Origin: Spirochaetia bacterium
GTDB lineage: Bacteria; Spirochaetota; Spirochaetia; SP-2023
Direction: 5' to 3'
NCBI GenBank assembly: GCA_965225855.1
Contig: CBDDCK010000004.1
Span: 224,001 to 288,000 of the forward strand
Length of the DNA stretch: 64,000 nucleotides
The notes beneath the pieces were generated by a model, which did not search any database, was not told the origin of the DNA, and saw nothing but the letters and a program-made list of their open reading frames with translations. This document shows positions 58,780 through 64,000 of this stretch, piece after piece; the first letter of the stretch is position 1; each line of letters opens with the position of its first letter. Made by a program: the position numbers and the translations under genes.

Positions 58780-61700
58780 TTACAAAGTATCTTGACTATT
58801 GTTAATCAATTCTTCATCGCGTTCGGTTAAAGGCAATTGTTTGCCATTGCCATTGTAAACCGAAACATCTAAGGCCAAACCACGTAACTCTTGCACCAAC
58901 ACATTAAACGATTCGGGAATACCCGAAGCCGAAGCGGGGTCGCCTTTGACAATACTTTCATACACATGAACTCTACCATTCATATCATCTGACTTAACGG
59001 TCATCAATTCTTGCAAGGTATGGGAAGCACCGTAAGCCTCCAAGGCCCATACTTCCATTTCTCCAAGGCGTTGGCCACCAAACTGGGCTTTACCACCTAA
59101 AGGCTGCTGAGTTACCAATGAATACGGGCCAGTCGAACGAGCATGCATCTTATCATCAACCAAATGATGCAGTTTCAAATAGTACATATAACCAACCAGT
59201 ATGGGGTTATCAAAAGCCTCTCCAGTCTTGCCATCAAAAACTTTCATTTTAGAAGAACCAGAAACACCAGACTCTTCTAATAAACGACTAACTTTTTCTA
59301 CATCGGGTGAGAGAAAAACAGGGGCTTCATACAGTTTGCCCAAACGTTTTCCAACATGACCCAACATCGTTTCCAATATTTGGCCAATATTCATACGCGA
59401 AGGAATACCCAGCGGATTCAAACAAATTTCCAAAGGGGTGCCATCTTCTAAAAATGGCATATCTTCTTCTGGCAAAATGCGAGCAACAACACCTTTATTT
59501 CCGTGCCGCCCAGCCATTTTATCCCCTTCTTTCAGTTTGCGCTTAGTAGCCAAAACAACCTTGACAACCTCATTAACACCCGGATCGAGGTTATCACCAG
59601 CCGAACGAGCCAAACGCTGAATTTCGACAACAGTACCTTCTACTCCGTGAGGCAACTTGAGCGAAGTATCGCGCACATCACGGGCTTTTTCACCAAAAAT
59701 GGAGTTGAGTAAACGAAATTCGGGGGTAATATCCGATTCCGATTTGGGGGTAATTCGTCCAACTAAAATATCGCCAGAATGAACACGGGCACCAATGCGA
59801 ACAATCCCTTCTTCGTCTAAATGCCCTAAATTTTTGTCAGCGATATTGGGTATATCACGAGTAATTTTATCCAAACCCAATTTGGTTTCCCGAATTTGAA
59901 TCGAAAATTCTTTAATATGAATAGAGGTATAGTAGTCATTTTTCACAACTTTTTGCGAAATCAATACCGCATCTTCAAAATTATAGCCATTCCAAGGTAC
60001 AAAACCTACCAATAAATTTCGACCCAAGGCCAATTCACCTTTATCGGTCGCCGGCCCATCGGCAATCAAGCCACCTTTGGCAACTCTATCTCCTTGCTCT
60101 ACCAATGGACGCTGATGGAAGGCGGTATCTTGGTTGGTTCGCCCATACTGAACTAAAGGATAAACCGTCTCTTTTTCTTCCCCATCATGCAAAATACGTA
60201 TTTCACAAGATGTAACATAGGTTACTTCACCTGCTTCGCGCGCCTTAGCCACCACTCCAGCATCATAAGCAGCTTTGGCTTCCATGCCCGTACCCACTAC
60301 TGGTGCTTCAGGAAATAATAATGGCACAGCTTGGCGTTGCATGTTACAACCCATCAAAGCACGGTTTGCATCATCATGCTCCAAAAAGGGAATCAATGAA
60401 GCTGCTGTGGAAATAATTTGGCGTGGAGAGACGTCCATGTATTCAATTTCTTCGGGCATTTTATTGGTGTAATCGCCCGAACGCCGCACAGCAACTAACT
60501 CATCGATAAAATTGCCATCACTGTCTAGCTGCGCCGAGGCTTGAGCAATATAGCATCTCTCTTCATCAATTGCTGAAAGATATTCAATTTTATCACTGAC
60601 TTTGCCCTCTATTACTCGGCGGTAAGGAGTTTCCAAAAAACCAAATTCATTGATGCGAGTATAATTTGCTAGCGACACAATCAAACCGATATTCGGGCCT
60701 TCTGGTGTTTCAATAGGGCACATTCGGCCATAGTGAGAATAGTGCACATCGCGAACTTCAAAACCTGCACGATCACGCGAAAGGCCACCCGGGCCTAACG
60801 CATTCAACCTACGCTTATGTGTCAATTCCGCTAAAGGGTTTATTTGCTCCATAAATTGAGACAATTGACTGCTACCAAAAAACTCTTTAATGGCAGAAAC
60901 AATCGGCTTCGTGGAAATCAAGTCTTGAGGGTTCAAAGTTTCCGCATCTTTGAGCGGCATGCGCTCACGCACAATGCGCTCCATACGGTTAAAAGCTGTC
61001 TTGAGTTGATTCGCCATCAATTCCCCTACCGAACGAACCCGGCGGTTTCCCATATGATCGATATCATCGACTGACTCATAGCCTTCATAAACTTTTATTA
61101 AATGCTTAGTTGCTAAAATAATATCTTCAATACTCAAAACTTGTAGATCGCTAGGAGATTGGCTATTCAATTTTTTATTCAATTTATAACGACCCACCTT
61201 TCCCAAGTCATAACGACGGGCCGAAAAAAATATACTCTGCAATTCCCTATCTGCTATTTCCACCGTTACCGGGTCTCCCGGCTGTAAAGTGGAATACACC
61301 AGACTCAGTGCATCTTCTCGCGAAGGCTCATCTTTTTTGTTCTCTAAATTCTCTGAAAACAAACCACCTTCGCGCTCAAAACAATTTAAGATCAACACAG
61401 AATCTAATGAATCCACAGCATGCATATCGATAACGGTTATGGAACTCACTTTACTATGCTGTAAATCATCAATATCGTGGGGCATCAATTTTTCACCAGC
61501 GCGGTAGAGTTTGCGCTCATTGCCATTTTCATCGACAATGTAGACCGCTTTTGCCAAATACGAACCTGGCAGCTCTTTTGCTGATTTTTGCGATAGTTTG
61601 ACAACTTTCGATTTGTAAAAAGCGGCAATAATTTCTTCACGGGTACTCAAACCCAAAGCACGAAAAAACATAGTCGTTAAAAATTTTTTTCTGCGGTCAA

Positions 61701-62298
61701 TTTTGGTATAGAGAATTTCTTTTTTTGCATCTATTTCTAAATCTAACCAAGAACCACGATAAGGTATTACCTGCGCAGAATAAACGCCTTTATCATAGTT
61801 GAAAATTACACCCGGCGAACGGTGCAATTGAGAGACAACAATACGCTCAATACCATTGATAATAAAGGTACCGCGATCAGTCATAATGGGAATATCTCCC
61901 ATATAAATTTCTTTTTGACGAATTTCGCCCGTATGCTGAAAAATTAAGTTGATCCGTGCTTTTAATGGAACAGCATATGTATGCCCTTTGCGTTTACACT
62001 CCGTTTCGGAAAAACGCACACCATGATAATCAAGAGTAAAATCGACATATTCAATCAACAAATCACCACTGGGGCTTTCAATAGGAAACACAGAATTAAA
62101 AACATCTTCAAGGTTTTGACTAATTTTCCCTTCTCCAGTAGCCCCAGTAGATAAAAAGCGATCATAAGATAAGGTCTGAACTTCTACGAGATTCGGCAAC
62201 GCTAAGACTTCATTGTATTTCTCACCAATATAAGTTCTCTCACTTTTACTCATTGGGCTTTTTAAAGCAATGTTTTTTGTCTCTTCGCCCACAGACAT
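58780..62298 (-). CDS. rpoB: RNA polymerase beta subunit
   Basis: [40 protein letters not shown] 62298 follows GAGGAG. Confidence 0.99.
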   Translation of the reverse strand: MSVGEETKNIALKSPMSKSERTYIGEKYNEVLALPNLVEVQTLSYDRFLSTGATGEGKISQNLEDVFNSVFPIESPSGDLLIEYVDFTLDYHGVRFSETECKRKGHTYAVPLKARINLIFQHTGEIRQKEIYMGDIPIMTDRGTFIINGIERIVVSQLHRSPGVIFNYDKGVYSAQVIPYRGSWLDLEIDAKKEILYTKIDRRKKFLTTMFFRALGLSTREEIIAAFYKSKVVKLSQKSAKELPGSYLAKAVYIVDENGNERKLYRAGEKLMPHDIDDLQHSKVSSITVIDMHAVDSLDSVLILNCFEREGGLFSENLENKKDEPSREDALSLVYSTLQPGDPVTVEIADRELQSIFFSARRYDLGKVGRYKLNKKLNSQSPSDLQVLSIEDIILATKHLIKVYEGYESVDDIDHMGNRRVRSVGELMANQLKTAFNRMERIVRERMPLKDAETLNPQDLISTKPIVSAIKEFFGSSQLSQFMEQINPLAELTHKRRLNALGPGGLSRDRAGFEVRDVHYSHYGRMCPIETPEGPNIGLIVSLANYTRINEFGFLETPYRRVIEGKVSDKIEYLSAIDEERCYIAQASAQLDSDGNFIDELVAVRRSGDYTNKMPEEIEYMDVSPRQIISTAASLIPFLEHDDANRALMGCNMQRQAVPLLFPEAPVVGTGMEAKAAYDAGVVAKAREAGEVTYVTSCEIRILHDGEEKETVYPLVQYGRTNQDTAFHQRPLVEQGDRVAKGGLIADGPATDKGELALGRNLLVGFVPWNGYNFEDAVLISQKVVKNDYYTSIHIKEFSIQIRETKLGLDKITRDIPNIADKNLGHLDEEGIVRIGARVHSGDILVGRITPKSESDITPEFRLLNSIFGEKARDVRDTSLKLPHGVEGTVVEIQRLARSAGDNLDPGVNEVVKVVLATKRKLKEGDKMAGRHGNKGVVARILPEEDMPFLEDGTPLEICLNPLGIPSRMNIGQILETMLGHVGKRLGKLYEAPVFLSPDVEKVSRLLEESGVSGSSKMKVFDGKTGEAFDNPILVGYMYYLKLHHLVDDKMHARSTGPYSLVTQQPLGGKAQFGGQRLGEMEVWALEAYGASHTLQELMTVKSDDMNGRVHVYESIVKGDPASASGIPESFNVLVQELRGLALDVSVYNGNGKQLPLTERDEELINNSQDTL

Positions 62299-62360
62299 CT
62301 CTCCTCGTATTTTCAAAATAATGTTCAATCACAACCACTCAAAGTTACCAGCTTTACATT

Positions 62361-62401
62361 AACAAAGACGGAGTATAACCGAAATTACAACTCCGCCCTT
62401 T
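62361..62401 (-). terminator. Terminator/attenuator-like hairpin between rplL and rpoB
   Basis: Minus strand gggcggagt…actccgtct followed by ttgtt. Confidence 0.55.
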
Positions 62402-62568
62402 ATAAGTTTGTTCTGTATATCTTTGGATAAAACAGATGCGAACGCAAATAGACTTTAGGCTGCAAACACCAGAAACACAAAGCCAACATTCCATTATGCA
62501 ATTATTCCATGAAATAAAACGAAAATGAAATTAAGCTTGTCTTACAAACTGTACCTATATAAGCCCAA

Positions 62569-62940
62569 TTATTTGACTTCGACTTTTGCACCAGCAGCCT
62601 CAAGTTTCCCTTTAAGCGCTGTAGCCTCTTCTTTTGAAAGACCTTCTTTCACAGTTTTCCCTGGATTTTCCACAAATTCTTTGGCACTCTTCAAGTCTAA
62701 ACCTGTAACACTGCGAATTTCTTTAATCAAAGGAATTTTCTTGCTATCATCGATACCCGCCAGAATTACGTCAAATTCGGTCTGCTCTTCTTCTGCGGGA
62801 GCACCAGCTGTTGGCATCGCCATTGCAGCTACAGGCGCAGCAGCACTCACGCCAAATTTTTCTTCCAGTGCTTTGACCAATTCTGAAACTTCCAACACTG
62901 TCAATTTACTGATTTCTTCAACCAGATTTTCTATCGCCAT
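62569..62940 (-). CDS. rplL: 50S ribosomal protein L7/L12
   Basis: [33 protein letters not shown]. Confidence 0.98.
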   Translation of the reverse strand: MAIENLVEEISKLTVLEVSELVKALEEKFGVSAAAPVAAMAMPTAGAPAEEEQTEFDVILAGIDDSKKIPLIKEIRSVTGLDLKSAKEFVENPGKTVKEGLSKEEATALKGKLEAAGAKVEVK

Positions 62941-63047
62941 ATTATCTTCCTCCTAATTTAATTTTTATTAGACAGCAGCATGACGATAGCAAAAAATTGC
63001 CGAAGGCTGGCTGTCTATTTTTTATCATAGTTATACTCTTGCTTTTC

Positions 63048-63566
63048 CTACTTTTCCTTGATGGCATTTAATGCATAAAGCAATTGAGCAATAGAAGCAT
63101 TTAACACGCCCACAGTTTGTTGCGCAGGGGCATTCAGTGTAGCGAGCAATTGAGCAATAAGCTCGGACTTACTGGGTAATTTAGAAAATGCGATTAAACG
63201 CTCTTGATCAAAAAGATTACCATCAATAACACCACTCTTCATATCTAGCGGATTATCCCTAGGAAATTCTACAATCGCTTTAACAGCCCCACTGGCATCA
63301 TCAGACATAACCGCAATAGCCGTTGGCCCTTTAAGCGATTCTTCTTGATAAGGCTTTTGTTGTTGATCGAGCGCAATTTTTAAATAATTATTTTTAATAA
63401 CATGAAATCGCGCACCTTGCTGACGCAATTTTTTGCGTAGATTGGTAATCTCTTTTACGGTCAGACCACGGTAATTGACAAAAACATAATTATTGCAATC
63501 ATCTAGCAAATTCCGTAACTCTACTACGGCATCTTTTTTGTATTGCTGAATTTTCTTCTCCATCAT
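63048..63566 (-). CDS. rplJ: 50S ribosomal protein L10
   Basis: YRGLTV..ITNLRKKLR, VIKN, GPTAIA, KLPSKSEL. Confidence 0.97.
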   Translation of the reverse strand: MMEKKIQQYKKDAVVELRNLLDDCNNYVFVNYRGLTVKEITNLRKKLRQQGARFHVIKNNYLKIALDQQQKPYQEESLKGPTAIAVMSDDASGAVKAIVEFPRDNPLDMKSGVIDGNLFDQERLIAFSKLPSKSELIAQLLATLNAPAQQTVGVLNASIAQLLYALNAIKEK

Positions 63567-63574
63567 AATCCTCC

Positions 63575-64000
63575 TTATACCGTAACACTGTTTAAATCAA
63601 CCGAAACACCAGGGCCCATAGTCGAAGCAATAGAAAGCCTCTGAATATATTCGCCTTTAACATCGCTAGGACGTTTTGCTTGAAGACTTTCCAACAGAGC
63701 CAAAAGATTCTGTTTGATTTTGTCATCATCCATCGACTTTACTTTGCCAATAGCCAAATGAACAACTCCGCCTTTATCTGCCCGAAATTCAGTGCGCCCT
63801 TGTTTGAGCTCTGCCAATGCACCTTTCACATCCATCGTAACAGTACGAGTTTTGGGATTCGGCATCATGCCTCTGCGCCCCAAAATTTGACCCAGCTTAC
63901 CGACATTTTTCATCATATCAGGTGTTGCTACGCAAACATCAAAGTCAAGCCAGCCACCTTGAATTTTTGTAACTAAGTGCGCACCTCCAACATAAGTAGC
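63575..64000 (-). CDS. rplA: 50S ribosomal protein L1 (5' end outside the window)
   Basis: ATPDMM..VGKLGQILG.RGMMPNPK, STMGPG. Confidence 0.97.
   Translation of the reverse strand, partial: ATYVGGAHLVTKIQGGWLDFDVCVATPDMMKNVGKLGQILGRRGMMPNPKTRTVTMDVKGALAELKQGRTEFRADKGGVVHLAIGKVKSMDDDKIKQNLLALLESLQAKRPSDVKGEYIQRLSIASTMGPGVSVDLNSVTV

Noticed and set aside
54415..63976. Plus-strand ORFs antisense to rpoC, rpoB and rpl genes (and similar shadow ORFs elsewhere)
   Set aside because: Fully overlap well-supported genes and have no recognisable motifs.
1..64000. tRNA or rRNA genes
   Set aside because: No cloverleaf or rRNA signature noticed in the intergenic regions by eye; a covariance-model scan would be needed to exclude small ncRNAs.

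Overview
A low-GC bacterial chromosome segment, most consistent with a spirochaete (TGS-less ThrS, spirochaete-type RpoB/RpoC, FlgM-like gene next to rsmI, many lipoproteins). This lineage call is inference. Housekeeping blocks (thrS, cdaA-cdaR, rpiB, rluB-like, prfA, fabG, aroK, serA, rsmI, class B PBP, Maf-like glycosyltransferase, gor, and the rplA-rplJ-rplL-rpoB-rpoC cluster) alternate with accessory patches. These patches hold a DUF285 pseudogene, an orphan HicB, an MvaI/BcnI-type R-M system with a frameshifted nuclease, a trpA-like remnant, a decayed CrfC-like dynamin and a 10-gene catabolic island. The best finding, missed by the ORF track, is an 18-aa Cys-rich leader ORF (7465-7521, MITLHLANCCCHCLSIRR). 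It has an antiterminator strand over its stop codon and a strong intrinsic terminator, and lies directly upstream of a TcyP-type cystine transporter, giving a candidate classical cysteine-sensing transcription attenuator. Also notable are a sigma-54 (-24/-12) promoter in front of an RpoS-like sigma factor, two degenerate 'ghost' duplications that keep only gene boundaries, and a 22-bp-periodic repeat array. All protein calls come from motif recognition, not database searches.
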